IMG/VR virus record: IMGVR_UViG_3300022660_000065
Span: 24,187 to 88,186 of that record
Strand: one strand, 5' to 3'
Length of the DNA stretch: 64,000 nucleotides
From: a virus
Taxonomy: Duplodnaviria > Caudoviricetes
The translations under genes were made by a program, and so were the position numbers. This document shows, in pieces, positions 20,814 through 31,509 of the stretch. The notes below the pieces were generated by a model, which was given only the letters and a program-made list of their open reading frames with translations, searched no databases and was not told the origin of the DNA. Numbering within the stretch: the stretch's first letter is position 1; each line of letters starts with the position of its first letter.

Positions 20814-22250
20814 ATGAGACTTACCCAAAATGATATAAGATATATAATTAACGAATCATCGAAAAGAATCCTTAATGAAATTAGCATTAAGGATTCCTAT
20901 TTGCGTTTCTATCAAGATATAAAACAAACTGTTTTCAATTTAATTGTTGGAAAACTTAATGGAGGTACTTTAAACTATAATAACAATGCTGTTTTATTAC
21001 CCGAAACAAAATGGGCTTTGCAGATATATAGAAAAAGTGGAGATATTGAAAAAGAAAGATTCCTTGAAGATATATACAAATTAAAAAATTCCGATGGGAC
21101 AGGTTATCTTGACATATTCATTCGTTTAAAAAACAGAAGAATGATATCAGGACCTGATGCAGACCTTAACAAATATAAAACAATCGGCGAACTTGGAAGA
21201 TTTGTTAATTCTTTTGATTTAGATACTGTAATGGATAGGACTAAGGGTGAGATGTCAAATGCCGTTAATTCAGCAGCAAACGATATTGAAATCCCCTATG
21301 AGGATGAGGTTTGGAAAGTTGTTATTCCAAAAACATATGAGGCGTCATGCTATTGGGGAAAGGGTAGTGAATGGTGCACCGCAACAAGAGAAACTGATAA
21401 ATATTACCGTACATATTCAAGCCAAGGCCCGCTTTATATAAACATTAATAAAACAAATTCAGCCGAAAAATATCAGTTTCATTTCGAATCAAAACAATTC
21501 ATGGATATAGACGATGTTGAAATTGATACCCCTATTTTTACTACTATAGGCGCTACCGAGGGTCTTATTAACTTTTACTCCAAAATACGTTCTGCAGATG
21601 ATATAATGAATATGAAATATGAGCCACTTGGTGATGGGTGTTGGTTAATAGAAAAGAAGGGGAAATATAATATAATTAATAAAGAGCAATATCCGTTGTG
21701 CGATTTATGGTTTGATGATATGGGCTACTTCTATGGTGGATACATGAAAATTCGTATCGGCGCAGCGATAAACTATATTAATACCCAAGGAGATATATTA
21801 AGTGAAGAATGGTTTGATACCTGCACCAATTTTTCAAGGGGATGGGCAGGAGTCGGTAAGAAAATAGGAAATCGGACATTGTGGAATGTACTGTTTGATG
21901 ATGGAACAATCGGTTGTGACTTCATGTGGTTTGATAACATTATAGGAATGAATCATTTATTGGGAAAATGTGAAAAAGATGGTATATTTCTTAATTTATA
22001 TAAAGACAAACGACTTGTTGGTGCGAATAAAAACCATATAATAGCAATCAATTCTCTTGAGGAATTTTACACATATCGTAAATATATTTTTAAGGAGTAT
22101 GTTAGAATGCGTAAAGAGGCTGAGGAAATGATGATGAACAGAAATTTCCAAAATCTCGAATTTAAAGAAGTGTATACTACGGAGTACATACGTAGGTCTT
22201 TGGGAATCGCCCCTGACTACCATATTAAACAAAACGATTTAGAAAAATAA
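20814..22250 (+). CDS. Leader-bearing protein with GSEWCTA domain and C-terminal WG-like repeats
   Basis: Leader MRLTQNDIRYIINESSKRILNE; repeats such as LWFDDMGYFYGGY..I, EWFDTCTNFSRGWAGV, MWFDNI. Confidence 0.55.
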   Translation: MRLTQNDIRYIINESSKRILNEISIKDSYLRFYQDIKQTVFNLIVGKLNGGTLNYNNNAVLLPETKWALQIYRKSGDIEKERFLEDIYKLKNSDGTGYLDIFIRLKNRRMISGPDADLNKYKTIGELGRFVNSFDLDTVMDRTKGEMSNAVNSAANDIEIPYEDEVWKVVIPKTYEASCYWGKGSEWCTATRETDKYYRTYSSQGPLYININKTNSAEKYQFHFESKQFMDIDDVEIDTPIFTTIGATEGLINFYSKIRSADDIMNMKYEPLGDGCWLIEKKGKYNIINKEQYPLCDLWFDDMGYFYGGYMKIRIGAAINYINTQGDILSEEWFDTCTNFSRGWAGVGKKIGNRTLWNVLFDDGTIGCDFMWFDNIIGMNHLLGKCEKDGIFLNLYKDKRLVGANKNHIIAINSLEEFYTYRKYIFKEYVRMRKEAEEMMMNRNFQNLEFKEVYTTEYIRRSLGIAPDYHIKQNDLEK

Positions 22251-22273
22251 AGGTTGGCCATTGGCCAACCTTT
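22249..22273. terminator. Bidirectional terminator at the convergence of the + and - gene blocks
   Basis: Near-perfect palindrome AAAGGTTGGCCATTGGCCAACCTTT. Confidence 0.75.
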
Positions 22274-22277
22274 GAAT

Positions 22278-22940
22278 TTAAAATGGAAGTTCATCACCAT
22301 TTAAACGCATTTTCTCATTTTCTTCCTTTATTTGTTTTAATATTTTTATCCTCCAATCAATAATATCATTTAATTTGGATAAAAATATTTCATAATCCAT
22401 CTTTAATTCTTCAGCCATTGTCTGCATTAATAGTCTGAAATTGAAAGTTGTATGTTTTTCAAAAAGAACATCAAACTTATACGCAAAACTGTGTTCATAG
22501 AACATTTTTTCCTCCACAATTAGACGAGTTTCTTCATTATCATCAACACATTTTTTAAGTTTTTCATCATCAGATAATACGTTTGTCAGCATATAGCCTG
22601 CGAAATAATAATCAGCCCACGCTGTTTTTTCTTCTTTAGTAAGTTTTTCATTGCCCATAACACGATAGAAAATCTGTTCATCGAAATGAGTATCATCAAA
22701 TGCCATGATACCGTAAGTTTTCCACAAGTATGCAAGGAGAACCGTGAAATCTGAGCCACAGTATCGCGCAATTGTCAAATAATCATCATCTTCAGTTGAA
22801 TATAAAGTCAGTTGGCTATCACCGTATGCGATATACGGAAGAATTTCCCCTGATTCATTTTTTGGGGTTATAACCAAATTTTCATCATTTTTTAATTCAC
22901 CAAGTGTTCTAACACGGTGAAAATATACATCAATTCCCAT
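22278..22940 (-). CDS. Hypothetical protein
   Basis: 220-aa ORF; TTTACA-N17-TATTTT promoter at 22980-22952. Confidence 0.6.
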   Translation of the reverse strand: MGIDVYFHRVRTLGELKNDENLVITPKNESGEILPYIAYGDSQLTLYSTEDDDYLTIARYCGSDFTVLLAYLWKTYGIMAFDDTHFDEQIFYRVMGNEKLTKEEKTAWADYYFAGYMLTNVLSDDEKLKKCVDDNEETRLIVEEKMFYEHSFAYKFDVLFEKHTTFNFRLLMQTMAEELKMDYEIFLSKLNDIIDWRIKILKQIKEENEKMRLNGDELPF

Positions 22941-22983
22941 ATTTTTTTAAAAAAATATGGGAATTGAAACAAAATGTAAAGAA

Positions 22984-23871
22984 TTAGTTTATTCTCACGT
23001 TCTTACTTAGAATTTCATTAAGGTCGTAATTGAAGAAACTTTCATTTCCTGATGGGAGAATTGTTGGCATTCCCGGATATGGGTGAGCGTGTTCTTTAAA
23101 CATCCTAAGGAAATATCTTAAAAACTCAACAAGCGTATCACCATATGGGAGGACATGTGCTTTTTTCATAATATTCTCCATTTCCTCATCACTTATGAGT
23201 TCTTCATTATCCACAGTATTGAAATATGTTTTACCCTCATTTGATATAAGATTAATTTGGTCCGCCACAAGAGTCGCAGTACTATTATATTTGTGGTCAA
23301 ACCCGGTGAGGTCATTTTTAACGGTTTTAGGAGTCTCACTGTATTTCATTTTCAAATAAGCAGGAGAGATGCGATTAAAACTCTGCCCTATTAAAGAGTT
23401 TGCATCTTCGATTCTTGCACCGCAACGAATTCTGATATCATCCTCTTTCATGATAATATCGCACCCTTTACGACCATAAAAGCCTATATCTTCAGTATCA
23501 CAAAAAGCCCCTTTTGAATCAGGTATTCTATCATGAGCAACTTCGGGTTTAATAAATGTGTCGGGATACATTGAAAGAGCCCCTTCTGAATACCCATCAT
23601 AATTCATCATCTGAGGTTGCGATATAATTGGCCCAATATAATATCTATTGGTATTGCCATCATTGACGCCTGTTAGGAGAACCAATACAGCCTCCCCAAC
23701 TTTAGGTATCACATGAAATATTTTTGGAAGAAGAGGATAAGCATATGGTATCTCAGCAATTGTTTTTCTATCATCCTCAGGATATAAACGAACTTTAATT
23801 CTATCCCCCTTCTGTTCATCAGATACTGAGATTACTTCACATATCTTAATTATAATATTACCATTAATCAT
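22984..23871 (-). CDS. Baseplate hub/spike protein (gp5/VgrG-like OB-fold N-terminus)
   Basis: VISVSDEQKGDRIKVRL...YPLLP..FHVIPKVGEAVLV (OB-fold pattern) and C-terminal HAHPY (HxH spike-tip motif). Confidence 0.65.
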   Translation of the reverse strand: MINGNIIIKICEVISVSDEQKGDRIKVRLYPEDDRKTIAEIPYAYPLLPKIFHVIPKVGEAVLVLLTGVNDGNTNRYYIGPIISQPQMMNYDGYSEGALSMYPDTFIKPEVAHDRIPDSKGAFCDTEDIGFYGRKGCDIIMKEDDIRIRCGARIEDANSLIGQSFNRISPAYLKMKYSETPKTVKNDLTGFDHKYNSTATLVADQINLISNEGKTYFNTVDNEELISDEEMENIMKKAHVLPYGDTLVEFLRYFLRMFKEHAHPYPGMPTILPSGNESFFNYDLNEILSKNVRIN

Positions 23872-24272
23872 CGCATAATTCCATTTCCCGATACCGGCAT
23901 TATATTATTCGAAGTTACTATCACAGGGCCTCCTGAATTAGCACCCGTACCTATTGTTGTAATTCCCCCAGGAGGTATTGCAATTTCAACTTTGCCTTCC
24001 ATTTTAAGAGCATTAACAATTTCATCCGCAACAACATAAAACATTTGGTTCATTAGGTTGGGACTTCCATCAATATTAACCCCAACAGGGGCACCAAAGT
24101 CTTGTTGCCTTGTAATGATTCGAGAGGCAATAAGCATTGGTGACAACCCCGGTCTTTTTATTGTTGAACAAATCAACATGATGGCGGGTACAGGAATGAG
24201 CGGAATGCTCATTTTATTCATTATAAACGATGAAACGTTTTGTATTATACTTGTGATACTCATATTTAACAA
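23868..24272 (-). CDS. Hypothetical (likely baseplate-associated) protein
   Basis: 134-aa ORF coupled to the gp5-like gene; Gly-rich beta C-terminus. Confidence 0.5.
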   Translation of the reverse strand: MLNMSITSIIQNVSSFIMNKMSIPLIPVPAIMLICSTIKRPGLSPMLIASRIITRQQDFGAPVGVNIDGSPNLMNQMFYVVADEIVNALKMEGKVEIAIPPGGITTIGTGANSGGPVIVTSNNIMPVSGNGIMR

Positions 24273-26257
24273 TTTGTATTTGAAACAGGAGTCTGTTTTA
24301 ATTTTTCAAGTTCAGGGTCAATATCAGCATAATTAACTTGGTCAAGACGATTTCCATTACCAATACCGTTGCCACTATAATTAATGTCAAGACGATTATA
24401 AGCGCCAATACATGCAATCAACATATCTTCAATAAGTTTACGGTAGGCTTCAAGTTGTTCCATAACAATGCGAAGAGTAAAAATAGTTAAAAGAGGGGTT
24501 AGTTTTTCTATGACCCAACTATATAACATTTCAACAATCATATCCTTAATTGATTTTATCACATTTGTAATAATATTCATAAAATATGGAAGGACATCAT
24601 TAAATGTTACTATCTTTTTACCAAGTTCAAGAGGGTTACCCATTATTTCCGTGTTCAGAAGTATGATGGTCATAACTTTAGGAGTAAACAACGGCCTAAT
24701 TAAAGGATATACAAGCATCCTAATAAGTTCAAATTGCCAATCATAGTTGAATTTCCATGAATTAGCAACCTTTGGATTTGATGAGCCATCAACAACCGAT
24801 TTGGTTACACCTGAAAGTACATTTGATATAGTTGTTTTCGTATTCTCAGCCTCAGTACCAGAATCAATAACCCCAATCTGAGACATTAAATCATTTGTAA
24901 TTTCAGTATTGTAATCAGCGTTCTGACGACGTTTTAAAGCATTTTGAATCATGCTATCATATTCGTCATTAGAAAAGGTAAAATAACAATCATCTATTTC
25001 AGTATCTGATGTTTCAATGACTTTCTGAATTATATTATCAATGACTTCATTTAAAACCTCACTATCACGAGTGACAGAGAAGTTAAAAGAAAAATTACCT
25101 TGTCCAAATGTATTACCGACAATTTGTGAAAGATAAGTCTTAGCATCATATAATTTGATACTCATCAAAAAGTCATGATTAAACTCAAAAATTGTTTTAT
25201 TGATTTTCAATATGTCACTAACATTTTCCTTTTTACCTGTAAGTTTCCTTGTTTTATAATAATTGCTTGCCGCTAATCTAAATTGAAATGAATCTGATTT
25301 AATGCCATCCCCATCAAGATAACGCACTTCAAGAATTTGGCGTTTTTTATAATTAGCCGTTTCGTTATATGCTGCAAGATAAGCATTGTCAAACGGTACC
25401 ACACCATTTTCACCTTTATAAAGTGTTACACCCATTGAATTTTTAAAACCATCTTTTTTTGTAAAAAAACTCTCAGGTTTACGTTCATATTTGGTATAAG
25501 GACGGGTTTTGTAACGGTTATCCCACATCAGTTTATTGCGTTCACTGAGATTTGCGTAAACACCTTTATTTTTAACAAACCACAAGAAAGCATTAAAGTC
25601 ATCATGTTTCCATAAATCTTTTGTAGAAAGAGGTATTTCTTTCCACATGTACTTTCTTTCATCAACAACAATATAATCGCCGGCATAATCAGTTGGAACT
25701 GTATCTTGTGGTATGGGAGTTACATCTTCAGGTAGTGCACCATCTTCAATTCTTGAATAAGAAAACTCACCCGTATGACAAGACATATAATTTGACCTCG
25801 CAACAACAGAATCATCTGTAGGACAATTTCCCAGTACACCAGTAAAGTCAAGAGATGATAATGGTATTGTAACACCTTCGCCACTAAAATTTATTGATTT
25901 TGTGGAATCAGATAAAAATTGTGCACCGCCGATTAATCTATCCGGAATTATTGGACTCATTTCACAAGTTAATATACTTGTAAGATTTGCTTCCAAAACC
26001 ATCTTTACAGTTTCTTCTATCCCTTGTAACCATGTCGAATTAGGGTCTGAAAGTTTATCACTAATTCCCTCGATAATCATTTCATCCAACGGTTTATCCG
26101 AGCACATATTAAAAAGTGCTGTAAGCAAATCAAAAGAACAGGTAAACCCACTTTCACTCACACCGAATGAAAATGGGAATTGTTCTACCATTGTCTGTGC
26201 TGCAGCAACGGACCCAAAAACTTGGGTTATTGATTTGTTGGAAACCTTGCTTGCCAT
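24266..26257 (-). CDS. Large hypothetical (likely virion structural) protein
   Basis: 663-aa ORF in an operon with the gp5-like gene. Confidence 0.55.
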   Translation of the reverse strand: MASKVSNKSITQVFGSVAAAQTMVEQFPFSFGVSESGFTCSFDLLTALFNMCSDKPLDEMIIEGISDKLSDPNSTWLQGIEETVKMVLEANLTSILTCEMSPIIPDRLIGGAQFLSDSTKSINFSGEGVTIPLSSLDFTGVLGNCPTDDSVVARSNYMSCHTGEFSYSRIEDGALPEDVTPIPQDTVPTDYAGDYIVVDERKYMWKEIPLSTKDLWKHDDFNAFLWFVKNKGVYANLSERNKLMWDNRYKTRPYTKYERKPESFFTKKDGFKNSMGVTLYKGENGVVPFDNAYLAAYNETANYKKRQILEVRYLDGDGIKSDSFQFRLAASNYYKTRKLTGKKENVSDILKINKTIFEFNHDFLMSIKLYDAKTYLSQIVGNTFGQGNFSFNFSVTRDSEVLNEVIDNIIQKVIETSDTEIDDCYFTFSNDEYDSMIQNALKRRQNADYNTEITNDLMSQIGVIDSGTEAENTKTTISNVLSGVTKSVVDGSSNPKVANSWKFNYDWQFELIRMLVYPLIRPLFTPKVMTIILLNTEIMGNPLELGKKIVTFNDVLPYFMNIITNVIKSIKDMIVEMLYSWVIEKLTPLLTIFTLRIVMEQLEAYRKLIEDMLIACIGAYNRLDINYSGNGIGNGNRLDQVNYADIDPELEKLKQTPVSNTNC

Positions 26258-26661
26258 TAATTGTTGTTGTTCTTCAAATTATATTCTTGAGGCCCATCAT
26301 TATCCATATCTTTAATCTGTTTCTTAAGGGCCGTAATATCTAATTTTGTTACCTTACCAAGTGAAGGGTCATCCAATGTTTTATCAACATCACCTTTATT
26401 TTTAATGATTTCACCCATGAACTTAGCGATATCAAATTTCATTGTAATTGCTTTCGCTTTATCACCCATAAGGTCATGAACCGCCTTGAAATATTTTGTT
26501 TTTTCATCCAAAGTAACATCCGAAAGGTTTGTTGAATTGGATAGTTTGCTTAATTCGTTTTGTATCTCATTGAAATGTTTTACAGATTGGTCATAAATTT
26601 CTTGCAGAAGCAATTCAAGTTTCTCAATGGAATTAAGTTTAAGTATGTAATTTTTAGCCAT
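26257..26661 (-). CDS. Hypothetical protein
   Basis: 134-aa ORF; ACTATTTAT on the minus strand at 26678-26686. Confidence 0.6.
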   Translation of the reverse strand: MAKNYILKLNSIEKLELLLQEIYDQSVKHFNEIQNELSKLSNSTNLSDVTLDEKTKYFKAVHDLMGDKAKAITMKFDIAKFMGEIIKNKGDVDKTLDDPSLGKVTKLDITALKKQIKDMDNDGPQEYNLKNNNN

Positions 26662-26702
26662 AGTTTCCTTTTTACCAATAAATAGTTATAGAGTCAAAAC
26701 TC

Positions 26703-27419
26703 CTATTCCAAAACATCATTCTTAATTAATTTATAAAGAACTTTATATTTTTTCATGCTATCACGTATTTCTTTCGTTCCAAGCAATGTTGTTTCTCTAA
26801 CGAAGGAGAGAAAAGAACTTTTATTAAGTTTATTACTCCCGTTTTCAACAAGAACCTCTTCCCAATTGTCAAGAATATCAGTTAACGCCATACCTACCTT
26901 CAGTTCATTCTCATTGAGCCCTTCACGTTGTTCAACAATTTTTTTAATTTCATTGGACATTTCTATTATAATTTTGGGGGCCGCAACTTTAAATGCATTT
27001 TGTTCATCAACAAATTTTTCCTCCAACCCAAGGTCTTCAACAAACTCCTCATACGAAAGGTCGCGTACTTTATGCTTATTAAATTGATTATTCTTATATA
27101 TAAGATAATTTTTACAAACCGTACCACAATATGAATAAGCCTTAGTTCCTTTGTCGGGACTGAAATTATTCAACTTAGTCAGCATGAAAGACATTGTGTC
27201 ATCAAATGTCTCCTGAAACTCTTCATCAGGAACATAAAGATTATATCGTCTGATAATTGATTCAACCATTTTTGTAAAGGCAGGACGAAGAACAATGTTG
27301 AATATTTTTTCTCGTTCATCATCATCATACGTATTAAGATAATCAACAACAGCCTGTTCCTGTTCCTCATAAAAGTACCCCTTACGTTCGTTCTTTGGTT
27401 TTCTACCACGTTTTGCCAT
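26703..27419 (-). CDS. Phage sigma factor for late transcription (gp55-like, tentative)
   Basis: AFTKMVESIIRRY...FMLTKLNNFSPDKGTKAYSYCGTVCKNYL resembles the sigma region-2 segment of T4-like late sigma factors. Confidence 0.55.
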   Translation of the reverse strand: MAKRGRKPKNERKGYFYEEQEQAVVDYLNTYDDDEREKIFNIVLRPAFTKMVESIIRRYNLYVPDEEFQETFDDTMSFMLTKLNNFSPDKGTKAYSYCGTVCKNYLIYKNNQFNKHKVRDLSYEEFVEDLGLEEKFVDEQNAFKVAAPKIIIEMSNEIKKIVEQREGLNENELKVGMALTDILDNWEEVLVENGSNKLNKSSFLSFVRETTLLGTKEIRDSMKKYKVLYKLIKNDVLE

Positions 27420-27536
27420 TTTATATCTAAATGTTTTTTTAATATAAAGACAACATCAAAAACTTCTACACGCAAACGCACGTACTTTCCATCAATCATT
27501 CCAATAAAGGAATCTTACCTTTTTAAGATGCTGAAA

Positions 27537-27558
27537 AAGGGCGTGAAAACACGCCCTT
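27537..27558 (-). terminator. Intrinsic terminator
   Basis: AAGGGCGTG-loop-CACGCCCTT with a T tract on the minus strand. Confidence 0.7.
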
Positions 27559-27569
27559 ATTATATCTTA

Positions 27570-28361
27570 TTATTCGTTAGGGGTGCCCTCGTATTTCTTC
27601 TTACGGTCAGTTTTATAAACATACTCTTCCTGAGCAACATTAAACCAAAAATCAATTTCAGCCTGAGCCATTTGCTGATATTCTGAAGTAAGAGAACCCA
27701 TTCTATTTACAATATGTTCATAACCAACCTTAGGAATTACATAAACCTTTTTTCCATTGTGCACATAGCGGAGAAGCATTTCATACCAAAAGAAAACCTT
27801 GATACTATTCTTCACCCCACCAATTGCCAAGAAATCACTTTTTCTAAAAACACCACCAGAAACAATGAAATTGAAATGGGACTTTAAACTATGCTCATCA
27901 ATATATCCCAATTCTTCAGAGAAAGCAGAAGCCCACACCGGTTCATTAGCATAAGCAACCGCACCTGCTTCACGCCTATTGAAATCCATTACTTCAATGA
28001 GTGGGAGGTACAGAGAAACATTCTCCAAAAAAGGTATATTCCTCTCAACTTCTTCCAACCACAGAGGTGTGAAATTATCATCAAATTCAAGAACTGTGAA
28101 ATATTCGGTCTTCACATCCTTGACTGCTTTATTGATTTGGAACGGAAGGTCAACGTTCTTTGAATTTGAAAGATAAAGAACCTCACGACCACCAAAATTA
28201 TACTCCTTAACAACCTTGATGGCAGAATCAGGACCCACGAAAATCAACGCAGCCTCTTCCCTGACATCGGCCTCAAGCACACTATTCAATGATTTATCAT
28301 ACATTTCTTTATGAGCCTCATTGTAGTCAACCAATGGTACAATTATAGTTAAATTTTTCAT
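27570..28361 (-). CDS. Glycosyltransferase, GT-A fold (family 2-like)
   Basis: LTIIVP..YN, INKAV..VKTEYFTVLEFDD (DxD-like), GGVFRKSDFLAIGG. Confidence 0.8.
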   Translation of the reverse strand: MKNLTIIVPLVDYNEAHKEMYDKSLNSVLEADVREEAALIFVGPDSAIKVVKEYNFGGREVLYLSNSKNVDLPFQINKAVKDVKTEYFTVLEFDDNFTPLWLEEVERNIPFLENVSLYLPLIEVMDFNRREAGAVAYANEPVWASAFSEELGYIDEHSLKSHFNFIVSGGVFRKSDFLAIGGVKNSIKVFFWYEMLLRYVHNGKKVYVIPKVGYEHIVNRMGSLTSEYQQMAQAEIDFWFNVAQEEYVYKTDRKKKYEGTPNE

Positions 28362-28364
28362 ATA

Positions 28365-29462
28365 TTACTCGTTGTTTTCGTTATTATTTTTCATTCCGCT
28401 TAAAAGCTGACGGTATTCATTTGCACGTGTTGCAACAATTGTATCGACAACCCCTTTTTGAATATCAGACTTTTGAATTTCAGGGTCAAAGATATTTTCA
28501 AGTTTCTTATAAACCTCTACAAATTCATCCTTAATCTCATTCTTAGTCCAACCCCTAATTACCGATGCCAAAATATCATGGAGGTTTTCGAAATTATCAA
28601 ACCAAATAATATCGTTGCGGATTTCACCATTTTCAATCATCCAATCAGGGACAACATCAGGAAGTTTTGCAATAAGAATGTTACCTGATTTTAAAGCCTG
28701 CAATGCTGTCGTGGCATTCGAGGTATCATCATCAGCCCATACTGCAATAGCACCTTCTCTAAGAACATTAGGATAAAGTTCAGGGGTCATAGGAGAACTC
28801 ATATCACGGAAAGAAACCCATTTATATGCCGGATATTTCCAATAAAATGGTTTAAGAACCTTATTAAGGTCATTCCTATCTCTTGTGAGAAGATTTACAA
28901 TAAGTTTCTTAGGTTTATCATCGGTGAAGAAACTCTTTCTTACTGCAGGTCTAATAATATGTGTTCTAAGGCCCGGGAAATAACTCTGAAGTAATGTTCC
29001 CACCTGTTGGTTAGGTACTATTGCATCAAAAATACCAAAATCAGACCATGATGCTCCGGCCGGAATAAATTCATAAAGGAATTCAGGGTTATGACAAACA
29101 GCAACACGACGACAAGGAAGTTCCTTGGTTTGAATCATGACATTACTATACACCTCAGGTATGAACAAGAAATCAGCTGCAGTTATCGCAACATTAGCAG
29201 TTTCAACATTTTCATGAGGAAGAACAGCATATTTTTCCCCAAGCCAATCAAATGGACCAACAAAATCCTGCTCCTGATGAAGCATTACAACATCATATCC
29301 ATTTTCATGTAAGTTAAAGGCGATGTTATAAATGTATTCAATTCCACCCTGAGGATTACCCTTGGTATCCATTACAAAGAAAAACATCTTAAAATTTTTA
29401 GTATCAAGATTAGATATAATTGTTTCTAACTGTGATACCATTACTTCTTTTTTATTATCCAT
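28365..29462 (-). CDS. Glycosyltransferase-like protein (GT-B fold, tentative)
   Basis: GGIEYIYNIA..LHENGYDVVMLH, DFLFIPEV, ALQALKSGNILI patterns. Confidence 0.55.
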   Translation of the reverse strand: MDNKKEVMVSQLETIISNLDTKNFKMFFFVMDTKGNPQGGIEYIYNIAFNLHENGYDVVMLHQEQDFVGPFDWLGEKYAVLPHENVETANVAITAADFLFIPEVYSNVMIQTKELPCRRVAVCHNPEFLYEFIPAGASWSDFGIFDAIVPNQQVGTLLQSYFPGLRTHIIRPAVRKSFFTDDKPKKLIVNLLTRDRNDLNKVLKPFYWKYPAYKWVSFRDMSSPMTPELYPNVLREGAIAVWADDDTSNATTALQALKSGNILIAKLPDVVPDWMIENGEIRNDIIWFDNFENLHDILASVIRGWTKNEIKDEFVEVYKKLENIFDPEIQKSDIQKGVVDTIVATRANEYRQLLSGMKNNNENNE

Positions 29463-29471
29463 TGTATTTTA

Positions 29472-29843
29472 TTATTTTTCAGTTATTTCAATAAGAAAGC
29501 CTAAATGTGCAAGACTATTAAATGCCACTGCAAATGAAATATTATCAAAAGGATGGTCATCATCTGATTGTCCAAGAATAATGGTTAAGAACATTTTAAT
29601 TACATCATAAGTAATCATGTCATTTTGTGGATTCGATGCACCAGTATTTTCCCTAATTACCCTTGAAGTCAGCGTCAAAAGGTCTGAATCTTCAGATAAC
29701 CTTTCATACCCTTCAGTAATCTCATTGTCTCTAATGTTTTTTTCCTCCGATACAAGGCAATATTTTATGAGAGCATCAACATTAACAATAAAAATCTTAT
29801 TGTCATATCTCACATAATATTTTTTTGTAGAAATATCACTCAT
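29472..29843 (-). CDS. Hypothetical protein
   Basis: About 123-aa ORF, likely start MSDISTKK. Confidence 0.55.
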   Translation of the reverse strand: MSDISTKKYYVRYDNKIFIVNVDALIKYCLVSEEKNIRDNEITEGYERLSEDSDLLTLTSRVIRENTGASNPQNDMITYDVIKMFLTIILGQSDDDHPFDNISFAVAFNSLAHLGFLIEITEK

Positions 29844-29844
29844 T

Positions 29845-30438
29845 TTATTCACCAAGATATTTTGCAACGTTATTTATGTCAGCGAAATAATCGCATATAT
29901 TTTCATATACTTCATCATATGGACTATCCTGATTATAGTCAGCAGCTATTTTAATAGCAATTTTACCTTCAGGTTTATTCTCTAAGAGTTTTGGATTAGC
30001 AGTAATAAGGACATCACATTTATCCCAAATAGTTAAAGAATCGGTAGGGAAATATGTTTCACGAACCTTACACCCAAGTTTAGAAAGGAAAAAATAAGTA
30101 CTTTGTATTGAAAGACCATACTCCATAGGGGATACAATCACAACATCAATTGGTTCCTCAGTGTCGATATCTTTAAGTCTGTTTAACCATACTGTAAGTG
30201 AAGAAGGCACCTCTTTAGACATTGAATCACATTTACCGAACAATTCAAATGGATAATCCTGATAAACAAAACGATTATATTCCGTCTTGTTTTCAAAAGG
30301 GAAAACTTTTTCAAGATTGTTTGTTTTTATCTCAATTGTCTCACTATCAAAAGTGTAGTCATATTCCTGTTTAAATACCTTTGCGAAATTTCGAGTATAT
30401 GCCCTTAAAACATCATTTAAGTCAATTGCTATCTTCAT
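29845..30438 (-). CDS. HAD-superfamily 5'(3')-deoxyribonucleotidase-like protein
   Basis: MKIAIDLNDVL (HAD motif I variant) and DVLITANP...YN C-terminal pattern. Confidence 0.65.
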   Translation of the reverse strand: MKIAIDLNDVLRAYTRNFAKVFKQEYDYTFDSETIEIKTNNLEKVFPFENKTEYNRFVYQDYPFELFGKCDSMSKEVPSSLTVWLNRLKDIDTEEPIDVVIVSPMEYGLSIQSTYFFLSKLGCKVRETYFPTDSLTIWDKCDVLITANPKLLENKPEGKIAIKIAADYNQDSPYDEVYENICDYFADINNVAKYLGE

Positions 30439-30455
30439 AATTTCAATTTTTAATG

Positions 30456-30484
30456 AAAATAGGATGTAAATATCATAATGTAAA
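30456..30484 (-). promoter_or_regulatory. Sigma70-like promoter
   Basis: TTTACA-N17-TATTTT; similar arrangements at 22952-22980 and 36723-36751 (-), 31882-31910 (-, TTTACC) and 57966-57994 (+, TTGACA). Confidence 0.6.
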
Positions 30485-30485
30485 G

Positions 30486-30513
30486 AAAAACTCCGCTATT
30501 CTGCGGAGTTTTT
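30486..30513 (-). terminator. Intrinsic terminator
   Basis: AAAAACTCCGC-loop-GCGGAGTTTTT. Confidence 0.75.
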
Positions 30514-31509
30514 TGAATTAAAATCAGAAATTTCAAGATTTTTTAAAAGATTAAGAGCCTCTTCAGTATCAAGGGTATTTTGTGCTTTCATCATTTCATA
30601 ATCTTCCATTGAAATAACTACCTCTTTGTTGTTTTTGCGGGCTTTCGTTTCATATTTTTCATCCATTTCTTTAGTTCTGAACTGTTCAGTCAAGTCGAGT
30701 TCATGACACATCTTAGGGGATGAATAAGTTATTACAAAATCCTTATCATACATACTCATTTTTTCATATTTCAAGTCTGAAAAATGGTATTCCATCAAGT
30801 CTTTAGCACCATATGCTTTGTCGGTGACAAATTTTATTGAACAAATGTCAACCGTGTCAATGTTTCTTGTCTTTTTTCCATAGATATTCATCATTTCATT
30901 AATAAAAAGACTATCACCGGGCATAAATTGCCTACAGTAACTTGAACAATACAAGTCAACTTTGATATCTTCTTCCCCTAATCTAACAACAACCTTTTTA
31001 ACCCATTTTTCAATTAAAAAACGAGGAAAAACATCACGTTCTATTTTTAATGTATAACGTTCTTTTTTATCTTCAGTAACAATATCACCTTCTTCCTCAA
31101 CATTTTCAGTGCTTTCGACAAGGCCCTTAACAACAAGTTTATTATCTTGAACAATCAACACCTTATAATCTTCAGGGTTATACACTTTCAAATCAAGTTG
31201 AAGCATGTTTTTTGTTTTCGCGACAACATTGCCATTTCCTAAATATTGAAAATCATCTGCATGGCGAAGAACTCTATAATTGGTATCCCTAAGTTCCTTT
31301 ACCTCTTGGGTTATTTCTCCTCGTAAAAGGTCATTTAGAACCCCCTGCTCGTTTATTTGTTCTTCAACCCCACTACCGGCTACTTCACCTTCTTTTGTCA
31401 TTCCCATCATTCGGTCATCAGCCGATTTCATACCCTTGAAAAAAGAATGAAAGAAGACAGACAGTTTAAAATGAAGATTGTTGAAGAAATTTTTAATCTT
31501 CCCAAACAT
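30496..31509 (-). CDS. Hypothetical protein
   Basis: About 337-aa ORF, likely start MFGKIK. Confidence 0.6.
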   Translation of the reverse strand: MFGKIKNFFNNLHFKLSVFFHSFFKGMKSADDRMMGMTKEGEVAGSGVEEQINEQGVLNDLLRGEITQEVKELRDTNYRVLRHADDFQYLGNGNVVAKTKNMLQLDLKVYNPEDYKVLIVQDNKLVVKGLVESTENVEEEGDIVTEDKKERYTLKIERDVFPRFLIEKWVKKVVVRLGEEDIKVDLYCSSYCRQFMPGDSLFINEMMNIYGKKTRNIDTVDICSIKFVTDKAYGAKDLMEYHFSDLKYEKMSMYDKDFVITYSSPKMCHELDLTEQFRTKEMDEKYETKARKNNKEVVISMEDYEMMKAQNTLDTEEALNLLKNLEISDFNSKNSAE

